From positions 50,284,001 through 50,348,000 of the forward strand of contig NC_086097.1 of NCBI RefSeq assembly GCF_963921235.1: a stretch of 64,000 nt of DNA. Reading direction: 5' to 3'. The position numbers and the translations under genes were made by a program. This DNA comes from Mobula hypostoma. Taxonomy: Eukaryota. Positions 12,101 through 25,547 of the stretch are shown piece by piece (the stretch's first letter is position 1; each line of letters begins with the position of its first letter). Below the pieces are notes generated by a model that saw only the letters and a program-made list of their open reading frames with translations, had not been told where the DNA came from and made no database searches.

Positions 12101-14153
12101 CTGGAAATTTTCTAAAAGCTCCGTCTCAAATTCTCTGCTTAGTCCTCAGTATAAATGTTGCTGTTTACACCTAATCTGATAAATCCCAGCATGCAGGCTA
12201 AATGACTCATTCTACGTGCTTGAAGAACTGAGCTAACGTGCTCAAAATACACCAATACTTCACTGGTCCATTCACGGAATTCTTTGGGACTGTCTTCCAG
12301 CAGGGTAATTAACTTAGTTAACATGTGCATGGGAATTGAAATGTTTGTATTTATCCAACTTCCAGACCCTTAAGATACTTGGACAGATAACAGTACAAAT
12401 TGTAATCAGGAAATGCTTCTGCTGAGATTAATCCAGATGGACTTAATGGTAACGGAAGTCTTCTGGACATTAAATGCAAGAACAAAGTAGCCACTATCTC
12501 GCAAATCTGTCAGGAATTTTATTGTGGAGATGTACTTAATTCCCTATGGTTATGAGTTTGTCTTGACATATCTATGCTGTAGTTAAAAGTTTACTTTTTA
12601 AAAAAAATTTATAGCACGCCCTTGCTTCATTTTGGCTGCTGGTTCATCTATTTCAATAGGTACATGATAAAGTACTACTGCCTCAGTAATCACAGTTCGG
12701 TTCTGCCCTCTTGTTCTGTGTCTGTCTGGGTTTTCCCTCTGTACTTCATTTCCCTCCCATGTCACAAAGTCCTGCTAGTTTATAGCTGGTTACTGTAAAT
12801 TACTCATGGTATAGACCAACAGCAGGGGAATTCAGAATCAAGTTTATTATCACCGGCATATGTCGTGAAATTTGCTAACCTCACGGCAGCTGTACAATGC
12901 AATACATGATAATGTCGAAAAATAGGTAAGTCAATTACAATAAGTGTGTGTGTGTGTGTTGTATATAGTGCAAAAACAAATAATAAAAAAGGGAGGTAGT
13001 GTTCACGGGTTCAGTGTCCATTTAGGAGTCGGATGGCAGAGGGGAAGAAGCTGTTCCTGAATCTGAGTGTGTGCCTTCAGGCTTCTGTATCTCTTTCCTG
13101 ATGGTAACATTGAGAAGAGAGCATGTACTGGGTGATGAGGGTCATTAATGATGGACACCGCCTTTCCGGGAAACCACGCCTTGAAGATGTCTTGGATACT
13201 ACGGAGGCTAGTACCCACGATGGAGCTGACTAATTTTACAACTTTCTGTAGCTTCTTTCGATCCCTTGAAGTTGCCCCCACCCCACCTGCTAGACAGTGT
13301 TGCAGCCTGTCAGAATGCTCTCCACTGTACATCTGTGGAAGTTTTTGAGTGTTTTACATAACAAACCAAATCTCCTCAAACTCCTAATGAAACATAGCTG
13401 TCGCCTCGCCGCCTTTACAGCTGCATCGATATTTTGGGTCCAGGTTAGACCCTCAGATCTTGACACCCAAGAACTTGTAATTGCTCACTCTCTCCACCTC
13501 CTGATCCCTCTGAGGATTGGTTAAAGTTCCCTCGTCCTACCCTTTTTGAAGTCCACAATCAGCTCTTTGGGCTTACTTACGTTGAGTGCAAGGTTGTTGC
13601 TGCGACAGCATTCAACTTGCTGGTATATCACGCTCCTGTATGCCTCCTCCTCTTCAAATGAGATCCTGCCAGTGAGGAGGAGATACTGTTACCAACCCAC
13701 ACAGTGTATGTTCTTCTGGTTAGGAAGTCGAGGATCCAATTGCAGAGGGAGGTAGAGAGACCCAAGTTCTGTAGCTTGTTGATCAGGACTGTAGGAATGA
13801 TGGTGTTAAACACTGAGCTACAGTAAACAAACAGCATCCTGACATAGGTGTTTGTATTGTCCAGGTGATCCAAGGCCATACAAAGAGACATTGAGATTGT
13901 GTCTGCCGTAGACCTATTGTGGTGATAGGCAAATTGCAGTGGGTCCAGGTCCTTACTGAGACAGGAGTTGACTCTAGCCATGACCAACCTCTCAAAGCAT
14001 TTCATCACCATAGATGTGAGTGCTACTGGGTGATAGACATTAAGGCAGCTCACACTACTCTTCTTGGGCACTGGTGTAATTGTTGCCCTTTTGAAGTAGG
14101 TGGGAACTTCCAACTGTAGCAGTGAGAGGTTGAAAATGTTCTTGAACCCACTA

Positions 14154-15413
14154 CGGGTGCACATTCCTTTATCCAAAATTCTGAAATCCAAAAAGCTCCA
14201 AAAACCGAAGTTTTTTTTCACCAACAGCTGACATCACTCAGGTGTGACGTGGCAGTACTAGCAGAGGCTGCCAGACGTCAGTCGTGGCTCAGCACTCGTA
14301 CTGGTTACACGTGCATTTGCTCGCTGATATTTTGTGTTCACTGTTGATTTTGTGTTTAATTTCACTGTGAAAATGTCAAAAAGTGCTGCAGATACCCCTA
14401 TAGGTAACAATGAGAACAAGAGAAGGAATCTTTTTTATCAGTAATGCAGAAAGTGGAGTTATTGCAGAAGCTTGATTGTGGTGTGTCTGTGCGGCATCTT
14501 ACTGAAGAAAGTAGTGTCAGAACTACCACTGTATATGATTTAAATAAACAGAAAGACAAGTTACTGAAGTTTTACAGTGACAGTGACGTTCTATATTTAT
14601 TCCAATAAGTCATTTACCATGTGTTTGGTTCAGTTCGTTTGAAGCGGTATACAGTCGGCCCTCCTTATCCGCGAGGGATTGGTTCCGGGACCCCTCGCGG
14701 ATACCAGAAAACGCGGATGCTCAAGTCCCTTATTCAACCTGTCTCAAAGCCGTGGACCTTAGGACCCAGCGGAACCCCGGACCTTATTTAACCTGTCTCA
14801 GTGCCTTGGACCTTAGGACTTGGGAGCGATCTGTCACCGGATCAAACTTGGGAACTTCCGTTCCCAAGCCCAGCGCTGAAACAAATGTTTCTTAAGTATT
14901 TTATATGCATAGAAAGGTAAAATATATACTATATACTAAGACATACATTTAACTAACTGATGCTAAATAATACCGGATGTACCTGTTTTGAATTACATAG
15001 TAAGAGAACTTCTGGTTTTTTCCCGCTCCCGATCCATGATAACCCACGCACATCCTCCCGTATACTTCAGATCATCTCTAGATTACTTACAATACCTAAT
15101 ACAATGTAAATGCTAAGTAAAAATAGTTGTTATACTGCATTGTTTAGGGAATAATGACAAGAAAAAAAAGTCTGTACATGCTCGAACAGCAAGTGCTGGA
15201 AGAGCACTAACCGGGTTTTCTCGATTCGCGGTTGGTTGAATTTGCGCTGCAGAACTCACGGATAAGGAGGGCTGACTGTATTTTTATGTTTTATTGAATG
15301 TTTTTGTTGGAAATAAAATTTCTTCATTATTATTCCCTAAACAATACAGTATAACAATTATTTACATAGCATTTACAAGCCCCAAGGATTTCGGATAAGG
15401 GATTGTGGACCTG
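14154..15413 (+). mobile_element. Tigger/pogo-family element (internally deleted)
   Basis: TIRs cgggtgcacattcctttatccaaaatt / caggtccacaatcccttatccgaaatc (reverse complement), TA TSD. N-terminal CENP-B-type HTH remnant (QKVELLQKLDCGVSVRHL...TTVYDL.KQKDKLLKF) at ~14373-14590. Confidence 0.88.
14652..15278. mobile_element. MER2/Tigger-like non-autonomous element nested in the Tigger element
   Basis: TIRs cagtcggccctccttatccg / cggataaggagggctgactg, TA duplicated on both sides. Confidence 0.9.
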
Positions 15414-17012
15414 TAGTTGGTTGGCATAAGTTTTCAGAGCCTTACCAGGTACTCCATTCGGACCTGTCACCTTACGAGGATTCACCCTCCTGAAAGGCAG
15501 CCTGACATCGGCCTCTGAGACAGAGATTACAGGGTCACTGGGTGCAGCAAAGATCTTCACAGCTGTAGTTGTATTCTCCCCTTCAAAGTGGGCATAAAAG
15601 GCATTGAGCTCATCTGGTAGTGAAGCATCATTGCAATTCATGCTATTGGGTTTTGCTTTGTAGAAAGTAATGTCTTGCAAACCCTGCCAGAGTTGACGTG
15701 TATCCGATGTCGCCTCTAACCTCACTTAAGTTGTTTCTTCACTCTTGAAATAGCCCTCCACAGGCCCTACCTGGTTTTCTTGTACAGACCTGGGCCCCCA
15801 GACATAAATGTCACCGATCTAGCCCTCAGCAGATGAAGAACCTCCTGGTTTTTGTAGGCACACACTCATCCACACAGATTCTAATGAAGTCAGTAACAAC
15901 TGTGGATACTCGTCCCGATTTGAATCCCTGAATACAGTCTAGTCCACCGATTCCAAGCGGTCCTTTAAGTGCTCCTGTGCTTCCCTATTCCATATCTTCT
16001 TGGTCCTCACTGCTGGTGCTGCAGTTTTCAGGCTCTGCCTATATTCGGAGTAGAAGTACAGCCAGGTGATGAGACTTCCTGAAGTGAGGGCGTGGGATAG
16101 CACAGTAGGCATTCTTGATGGTGGTGTAACAATGGTCCAGTGTGTTATTTCCTCTGGTACTACAAATGATTTGTTGATGGTAATTATATTGTGACTTTTT
16201 CAAGATGGCCTGGTTAAAATCCCCCAAAATGATGGGGAAGGCATCAGGGTGTGCTGTTTCGTGCATGTTGATCCCATTGCTCAGATCAACTAGAGCCTGT
16301 TTGACATTGACCTGAGGTGGAATGTACACCGCTACCGAAATGATCAGAGAAATCTCCCACAGCAGGTAAAATGGACAGCACATTACTGCTAGATATTCCA
16401 GGTCTGGTGAGGAGAATTGGGACAACACTGATACATCTGTGTACCAAGAGGAGTTGATCATGAGGCATACACCTCCAGCTCTGCTTTTGAGAGATTTGAC
16501 AGTCCTGACTGTGTATAGTGAACCAGTCAATCTAAGTTGCTGTGTCTGGTGTGGAAGGGGTTAAACAGGATTCCTTGAAGCAGAGGGTTCACGCAGTCTT
16601 AACGTCCCTCTGATACAGCACCCTAGCTCTGAAATTGTCAGTTTTATTTACTAGACGCTGCACATTTGCCAGCAATATAGTCGTTATCGGGAGTTGAAAA
16701 CCTTTTTTTTTAAAAATTGCACTTGTAGTCCCAAGCAGCAGCCACGTTTCTTATGAGAAGTCTGACAGGAAGTACGGCCACAATCAGCAATATTTCTGTT
16801 TGTCTTGAACAGTGATCGATAATTCAATTCCATTGAAACATCTTTACTAACTGTACAGATCTTGGATGCAGTTGCGATTCTCAGCTGAGGCAAGCTGAAA
16901 TGGGAATATTTAATCGTATCCATCAAGCTGCTCCACATCATATTTGCCCTGATGATAGACCCAAAAGTGAATTGATAGGTATATGAAAGGGAATCAAAAG
17001 AATTACTGGGAA

Positions 17013-17350
17013 TAGAAACATAGAAAACCTATAGCACAATACAGGCCCTTCGGCCCACGATGCTGTGTCAAACATGTCCTTACCTGAGAAATTACCCAGG
17101 GTTACCCATAGCCCACTATTTTTCTGAGCTCCTGTCCAGGAGTCTCTTAAAAGACCCTATCGTATCCGCCTCCACCACCAGCCCATTCCACGCACTCAAC
17201 ACTCTTTGCGTTTTTAAAAAAAAAACAACTTAACCCTGACATCTCTGTACCTACTTCCAAGCACCTCAAAACTGTGCCCTCTCGTGCTAGCCATTTCAGC
17301 CCTGGAAAAACAACCTCTGACTATCCATACCATTAATGCCTCTCATCTCT
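17013..17350 (-). mobile_element. CR1 LINE 3' fragment
   Basis: Same sequence family as 3003-3508, with (catagaaa) tail. Confidence 0.85.
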
Positions 17351-18528
17351 TCCTTCTTTCTTTTCAAATCTTTTTATTATTTTTTTTCCAAAATAAACAT
17401 GAGTACATCGAAGCAAACGACACTTACAATGTCTCAAGAAAAAAAAACATTATATAAAAATTTTAAAAATTTTGTGATGGGGAGGAAAAAAAAAACCCCT
17501 ACTAAGCAAGAAAAGTGGGGAAAAAGAAAAATCCCACTAGGTGTTCAACCCCAGAGCCATGCGTCATACATAAAGCTTCTAAAGATAAACAGCAAAAAAA
17601 AGTTCCAAAAAATTTACAATTAGATCGTGGAGTATCCATCAATTAACTCAAATGATAATAACGAGCAAATGAACCCCATCTTTTCTCAAAATCAAACATA
17701 GGTTCAAAGGTTCGACTTCTAATTTTCTCCAAACTAAGACATAGCACAGCTTGAGAGAACCATTGTGACAAAGTGGGAGGGGTTGTTCCTTCTACTTCAA
17801 CAAAATGGCCCTCCTAGCTATCAATGTAACAAATGCAATAACATGTTGGTCAGACACAGAGATACCATGGATATTTTGAGGAATTATTCCAAAAAGCACA
17901 GTTAATTTGTTAGGTTATAAATTAATATTGAGTGCTTTAGAAATTGTCGAAAAAACTGACTTCCAGAACTGTTCTAGTATAAAACAAGACCAAAACATAT
18001 GTGTCAGTGTAGCTGTCTCAGTTTTACAGCTATCACAATAACTATCAACATTAGGGAATATTTTAGACAATCTCTCCTTCGTCAAATGGTAACGATGTAC
18101 AATTTTAAATTGAATCAGTGAATGACTAGCACAGATCAAAGAAGAGTTAACGAGCTTCAGAATCCACGTCCAATCCTCCGTCATAAAAGTCAAATTGAGT
18201 TCCTTTTCCCAATCTTGTTTAATCTTAAATAAAGGACGCATATACCCTTGTAATAGTAAATTATAAATTCTACCAATGGAACCCTTCATCGAAGGGTTCA
18301 TACCCATAATAGTATCTTAACAGGTCAGCATCCAATATGTAAGGAAAATTACTTAAATATTTTTGTAAGAAATGTCCAAGCTGGAGATATTGTAAAAAAG
18401 TGTGAGTATGAAAGCGAATATTTATCAACTAATTGTTCAAAGGTCATCAGTCTACCTTCTTTAAATAAATCCAAAAAAGAATTAATACCTTTATTTTTCC
18501 AAAGTAAAAAAAATTGGATCACTCAAAG

Positions 18529-20052
18529 AAACCATAGAAACCATAGAAAAACTACAGCACAGAAACAGGCCTTCTGGCCCTTCTTGGCTGTGCCGAACCA
18601 TTTTCTGCCTAGTCCCACTGACCTGCACACAGACCATATCCCTCCATACACCTCCCATCCATGTATCTGTCCAATTTATTCTTAAATGTTAAAAAAGCAC
18701 TCGAACTTACCACCTCGTCTGGCAGCTCATTCCATACTCCCACCACTCTCTGTGTGAAGAAGCCCCCCCCCATGTTCCCTTTAAACTTTTCCCCCCTCAC
18801 CCTTAACCCATGTCCTCTGGTTTTTTTCTCCCCTTGCCTCAGTGGAAAAAGCCTGCTTGCATTCACTCTATCTATACCCATCATAATTTTATGTACCTCT
18901 ATCAAATCTCCCCTCATTCTTCTACGCTCCAGGGAATAAAGTCCTAACCTATTCAACCTTTCTCTGTAACTGAGTTTCTCAAGTCCCGGCAACATCCTTG
19001 TAAACCTTCTCTGCACTCTTTCAACCTTATTAATATCCTTCCTGTGATTTAGTGACCAAAACTGAACACAATACTCCAGTTTCGGCCTCACCAATGCCTT
19101 ATACAACCTCATCATAACATTTCAGCTCTTATACTCAATACTTTGATTAATAAAGGCCAATGTACCAAAAGTTCTCTTTACGACCCTATCTACCCGTGAC
19201 ACCACTTTTAGGGAATTTTGTATCTGTATTCCCAGATTCCTCTGTTCTACTGCATTCCTCAGTGCCTTACCATTAACCCTGTATGTTCTACTTTGGTTTG
19301 TCCTTCCAACGTGCAATACCTCACACTTGTCTGTATTAAACTCCATCTGCCATTTTTCAGCCCATTTTTCCAGCTGGTCCAAGTCCCTCTGCAGGTTCTG
19401 AAAACTTTCCTCACTGTCTACTACACCTTCAATCTTTGTATCGTCAGCAAATTTGCTGATCCAATTTACCACATTATCATCCAGATCATTGATATAGATG
19501 ACAAATAACAATGGACCCAGCACTGATCCCTGTGGCACACCACTAGTCACAGGCCTCCACTCAGAGAAGCAATTCTCTACCACCACTCTCTGGCTTCTTC
19601 CATCGAGCCAATGTCTAATCCAATTTACCACCTCTCGATGTATACCTTGCGACTGAATTTTCCTAGCTAACCTCCCATGCGGGACCTTGTCAAAGGCCTT
19701 ACTGAAGTCCATGTAGACAATATCGACTGCCTTCCCTTCATCCACTTTCCTGGTAACCTCCTCGAAAAACTCCAATAGATTGGTCAAACATGACCTACCA
19801 CGCACAAAGCCATGTTGACTCTCCCCAAGAAGTCCCTGTCTATCCAAATGCTTGTAGATTCTGTCTCTTAGTACTCCCTCCAATGACTTACCGACTACCG
19901 ACGTTAAACTTACCGGCCTATAATTTCCCGGATTACTTTTCGATCCTTTTTTAAACAACGGAACAACATTGAGCCACTCTCCAATCCTCCGGCATCTCAC
20001 CTGTAGACAGCAACATTTTAAATATTTCTGCCAGGGCCCCTGCAATTTCAAC
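18529..20052 (-). mobile_element. Young 5'-truncated CR1 LINE inserted in L1
   Basis: Long RT ORFs (NYRPVSLTSVVGK, GVPQGSVLGP, KFADD; 19122-20054 and 18609-19115); (ccatagaaa)2 tail. Confidence 0.95.
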
Positions 20053-21055
20053 AAGGTTTAAAAAAGTAATTTCGATAAATTAAACTACAAAGCTTAAATT
20101 TTTAAGATTAAAAAAATTGCAGAACTGAAGCCAAGTTTGTAAAGAATGCTTAATCACAGGGTATAAGTTTAAATTAACAATTAGCTAATCATATAGGCAA
20201 AGCAGCTCCCAATAACGAGGTTAAATAAAACTGTTTCACAGCTTTCAATTCCAGGTCTACCCAGATAGGCCGATCCTTCTTATCAACCCAATATAACCAA
20301 AAGGACATGTATCGCGCATTAACAGCCCAGTAATACATTCTTAAATTAGGCAAAGCGAGACCTCCATCCTTTTTCAACTTTTGTAAATGACATTTACAAA
20401 ATCTTGGTCTTTTATTATTCCAAATAAAAGATAAAATCATAGAATCAATCCACTCGAAAAACTTCTTCGTCAAAAAAACAAGGATATTCTGAAATAGATA
20501 TAAAAATTTTGGTAAAATCATCATTTTGACTATATGGGTGCGACCAACAAGTGAAAATGTAAGTGGACTCCATCTACTAAATAATATTTCATAGTGTCTA
20601 GCAAAGGAACAAAATTGGCTTTATAAAGATCCTTATATTTTTCAGTGATTGTGACACCTAAATAACTAAAAGAATATGTGACTTTGAAAGGAGTATTGTC
20701 ATACATAGAAATGGATTCATTTATAGGAAACAATTCACTTTTACTAAAATTTATTTTATATCCTGAAAACTCTCCAAATTCATTGAATAATTTTAACAAG
20801 GCAGGAATAGATTCCTCAGGATTTGATATATAAACCAATAAATCATCTGCATAAAGAGAAATCTTATGAATAGTCTTATTCACAGAAATCCCATCAATAT
20901 TTTTAGCTTCACGGAGAGCAATAGCAAGGGGTTCTAATATTAAATTAAATAACAAAGGACTTAATGGACAGCCTTGTCTTGTCCCCCGTGAAAGCTGAAA
21001 AGAAGAAGACCTTCAGTTATTAGTAATAACAGTAGCAATAGGAGCTGTATATATC

Positions 21056-22342
21056 TTTCTTTTTCAATCTTTTTATTAATTTCATAGAATGAAAACATAA
21101 CATAGCAATAATACAAATAGTAGGAGATACATTGTTGCACTTAAAATGAGTAATTGTAAGACCAAATAGTATAAATTGACAAAGCTCCCAATCGTGTAGA
21201 ATAACAATGAATAACACAGGGCAAAAAAAAGACTGAGAAAAATCATGAAAAAGAAAAAAAAACCCCATCCCAAAAAAAAACTAAACTAAACAGAATTAGT
21301 CAACTAAACTAAAAGACTTAGTGTCGACGGCTCCATTCCTCTCAACCAACAGTATAGAGAAATAAAATAAGTTTGGAAATGGTCAAATTACATCAAATGA
21401 AAATGCTGAACAAATGGCCTCCAAGTTTTTTCAAATTTAATGGAAGGGTCATAAACCGCACTTCTAATTTTTTTCCAAATTCAAACATACCATAGTTTGT
21501 GAAAACCAATGAAATACAGTAGGAGGGTTAATCTCTTTCCAATTCAGCGGATTTGGTGGTTTCAATTCCGAAGATTTTTTGGGTTTAATCAATTTATCTT
21601 AGCAAATCCTATTATATCTAATTTCCTTTTTCAACCTTCCACTATGGATCAAGCTTACTTTGATTGGAAAACCAAAGGTATAATACGTTATCGTGATTTA
21701 TTTTTGGATAATTGTTTTATGTCTTTTGATCAACTTTCTAATAAATATAACTTACCCAGATCTCACTTTTTTAGATACCTACAGATTAGAAACTTTTTAA
21801 TTGCTGTTTCTCCTAATTTTCCACACCCATATCCAATGGATACTTTGGAAAAAATTTTAGATTTAAATCTTTCTCAGAAAAGTGTTGTAGCAATTACATA
21901 TAGTATAATTATGAATTTATGTCCTGATGTTTCCAATAAAATTAAAGCTGACTGGGAAAAAGAACTTGAGATTATTATACCGATTGAAAAATGGGAAAAA
22001 ATTCTTCAGTTGGTTAATTTATCCTCCGTATGTGCTAAACATGTGTTGATACAGTTTAAAGTAGTGCACAGGCCTCATATGTCCAAAGATAAACTATCTC
22101 GTTATTACTCTTATATTAATCCAATATGTGATAGATGTCATTTCGAGATAGCTTCTTTAACCCACATGTTTTGGTCATGTCCTCTGTTGGAACAATATTG
22201 GAAAGGTATTTTTGACATTATTTCAATGGTTTTGAATATAGACTTACAACCTCATCCAATTACTGCTATCTTTGGACTACCAATGATAGATTCAAATTAT
22301 TTAACCTCTTCAGCACGCAGGATGATTGCATTTCTTACTTTA
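21056..22342 (-). mobile_element. Second L1 copy with 5' inversion, inserted in the first L1
   Basis: 3' part on minus (21056-~21547), inverted part on plus (~21548-22342, CDRC...LTHMFWSC). 16-bp TSD aggagct[g/t]tatatatc at 21040-21055 and 22343-22358. Confidence 0.88.
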
Positions 22343-23704
22343 AGGAGCTTTATATATCATTCTAATCAAATTATTAAAATTAATACCAAAGCCAAATTTC
22401 TCTAAAACGTTAAATAGGTATTTCCATTCGACTCAATTGAACACTTTTTCAGCATCCAAAGAGATGACACATTGTGGAGTTTTAATGAGGATGAATATAT
22501 AATGTTAAATAGTCTCCAAACATTTGAAAAAGAATAACGACCCTTTATGAAACCTGTCTGATCTTTAAAAATCATTTTTCCCAAAATATTCGCCAACTGA
22601 TTGGCCATTATCTTTGACAGAATCTTAGCATCAACGTTCAATAGTGAAATAGGTCTATATGAGACACAATCAATAGGATCTTTATCCTTTTTAAGAATTA
22701 AAGAGATAGAAGCCTCATAAAAAGTAGAGGGTAAATCACCTTTCAGAAAAGAATCCTTAAGCATTTCCAACATATACGGAGAAAGCAATTTTCTAAATTT
22801 TTTATAAAATTCTACAGGATGACCATCAAATCCAGGGACTTTACCAGACTGCATCGAAAAAATAGCTTTATGAATTTTGGCTTCAGTAATTTGGGCATCA
22901 AGAGTTTTTTGATCTTCAACAGAGATTTTGGGAAAAGCAATCTTCCGTAAGAAAGCATCCATTTTTGAAGAATCTACTGGACATTGAGATTTATAAAGTT
23001 CAGTATAAAAGGCTTGAAAAATCCTAAGCCAAAATACCATCTTTTCCACAAATTTTCAATATTTGCCTTTTGGCTCTAGCTGTTTTGAATTGAGATGCAA
23101 GCAGTTTATTATTTTTATCTCCAAACATATAAAATCAACTCCTTAACTTAAGCTTCAATAGGATGAGTTAATAATAGGTTATATTGTGATTGAAGTTCCA
23201 CCCTTCGTTTGAATAAATCTATATTAGGGGAAGCTGCATAAATATTATCTAAGTCTTTAATTTGTTTTGAAATTTTATCTAATTCTACCTTAGTCTGTTT
23301 TTTTAAGCTTAGCTGAATAAAAAAATGATCTGACCATGTAAAAATGCTTTAAATGTACCCCATATAATCAATTTAGACATACCCCCTATATAATGTTTTC
23401 TGATTTTCAATAAAACTGACAAAGTCTGAACTTTGCAATAATGTCTGAGACGTGTGCCATGGTGGATGAGCCAGAGTGATATCATTAAATTCAAAAGACA
23501 AACTCAAAGGTGCATGGTCAGATATAGCAATAGCATCATATTCACAATTTTTAACACTAGGCAAGAAGCAAGGATCAATTATTATATAATCGATCCTCGA
23601 ATATTTTTTATAAACATGTGAAAAGAAAGAATATTCTCTGTTATCACGGTGTAAATACCTCCATAATTCAATCAATCCAAAATCGTTCAAAAAGGAGTTG
23701 ATAA

Positions 23705-23811
23705 TTAGCTTTATAATTAACTATGCCAATTATAACAATGTATTCCCAATAACTTTGTACCATTACTATGTTATGTTTATTATTATGAAACTAATAAAAA
23801 GATTGAAGAAG
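23705..23811 (+). mobile_element. Very short L1 3'-end insertion
   Basis: Ends in aataaaaagattgaagaag like the other L1 tails. 16-bp TSD aaaaaggagt[t/a]gataa at 23689-23704 and 23812-23827. Confidence 0.75.
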
Positions 23812-24607
23812 AAAAAGGAGTAGATAAGTGACGCAGAACGATTTGGAAGCCGCTGATTGGTTAAGCTCTTATCCATCAAAGGATTTAAACAACAGTTAAA
23901 ATCCCCACCCGTTATCAACATGTATTCATTTAAATCAGGCAGTAAAGCAAATACCCTTTTTTAAAAAAAAGGATCATCTAAATTAGGACCATACAAATTA
24001 ACCAAAACAACTTTTTTGTTACAGATCACTCCTTTAACAATTAAGAATCTACCATTAGAATCTGACAATATCCTCTTGAGTAAATATATTAGATTTAATA
24101 AAGATGGACACGCCTTTAGTCTTACTCCGAGAAGTGGAGTGGAACTGCAAACCTTTCCACCATCCAAAAAATCTATTTTGATCTCCCACCCTGATATGTT
24201 TCTCTTGAGCAAAAATTATGTCAGGTTGGAATCGGTTAATAATTTTAAAAGTTGTTTTTCATTTGATAGGATGATTCCAACCACGTACATTCCAACTTAT
24301 TACATTAATCTGTTTAAATACCATATTATAATTTTATTCTACTTTACACATGTGCAGAGCACATACCAATACGGGATGATCAAAAATGGCAGCGATGAAG
24401 AATACAACCACATAAAAAACATGCATGCTCCGGAACCACCCAATGGAAAAAAATTCCTAACTCTAACCCCTCCCCCTCCCAAAATCCCGAACAAGGCAAG
24501 CAGACTAGATAGAATACAAAGCCAGGGACTGCTCTGTCTGTTCAGGAGAAACATTTTTTAAAGGATTATTTCTCCCTCCCCCTAGTTTAAAAAAAAATGA
24601 CTGACCT

Positions 24608-25290
24608 TGTGACCTTAAACCTGTGCCCTCTTCTGGCAACCATTTCAGCCCTGGGAAAAAACCTCTGACTGTCCACATGATCAATGTCTCTCATCGTCAT
24701 ATACACCTCTATCAGGTCAGCTCTCATCCTCTGTCGCTGCAAGGAGAAAAGACCGAGTTCACTCAACCTATTCTCATAAGGCATTCTCCCCAATCCAGGC
24801 AACATCCTTGTAAATCTCCTCTGCACCCTTTTTATGGTTTCCACATCCTTCCTATAGTGAGGTGACCAGAATTGAGCACAGTACTCCAAGTGGGGTCAGA
24901 CCAGGGTCCTATATAGCTGCAACATTACCTCTTGGCTCTTAAACTCAATCCCACAATTAATGAAGGCCAATGCACCGTATGCCTTCTTAACCACAGAGTC
25001 AACCTGCGTAGCAGCTTTGAGTGTCCTATGGACTCTGACCCCAAGATCCATCTGATCCTCCACCCTGCCAAGAGTCTTATCATTTATAGTATATTCTGCC
25101 ATCATATTTGACCTACCAAAATGAACCACCTCACAAAATGAACTGCATCTGCCACTTCTCAGCCCAGGTTTGCATCCTATCAATGTCCTACTGTAACCTC
25201 TGACAGCCCTCCACACTATCCACAACACCCCCAACCTTTGTATCATCAGCACATTTACTGACCCATCCCTCCACTTCCTCATCTAGGTCA
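24608..25290 (-). mobile_element. CR1 LINE fragment
   Basis: DLDEEVEGWVSKCADDTKVGG, EYCAQFWSPHYRKD peptides. Confidence 0.9.
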
Positions 25291-25547
25291 TCATCACACA
25301 GGCATGAATGTGTGGAAAGAATGAAATCCTGCTTATTTCCATTCAAATTAGCTCTTAACGTATAACAAGTCTTGAATAAGAGTGCTGGAAATATGGAGGA
25401 ACTTGACCAAGCAGGGTTATCTTGGTTTAATTCTATAGGGATTTGATCAAATACATCTAGAATATCGTGTTTTCCTCTCTGACCACAGTGATTCTTGTGA
25501 TGGTAGGTTTGAGAGTGGTTTTGCACCTCTGGGCCTAATCCATACTC

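Larger units (their letters stand above)
12835..16940 (-). mobile_element. Near full-length decayed Rex1/Babar-type LINE with nested Tigger elements
   Basis: APE endonuclease remnant (AVYIPP, GDFNQ, NNTLDHCY; 16039-16530) and RT remnants ([24 protein letters not shown]; 13628-14150 and 15414-15725). The sequence joins across the 14154-15413 insert. Confidence 0.9.
17352..24586 (-). mobile_element. L1-clade LINE (ORF2 decayed), host to three younger insertions
   Basis: EN start SWNVRG at ~24290, SRIDY/SDH motifs (23373-23690), RT YRPISLLNVDAKIL, DQTGFIKGR (22402-23049), SLYADD (20530-20955), CCHC C..C...TLTHMFWSC (17915-18307). AATAAA-containing 3' end at ~17355-17380. Confidence 0.92.

Noticed and set aside
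21509..22405. 298-aa + strand ORF that could be taken for a gene
   Set aside because: It is the inverted L1 ORF2 C-terminal segment, running across both junctions.
24016..24561. 181-aa + strand ORF and many other 60-150 aa ORFs
   Set aside because: Antisense or off-frame shadows of LINE sequence, or chance ORFs with no recognisable motifs or splice support.
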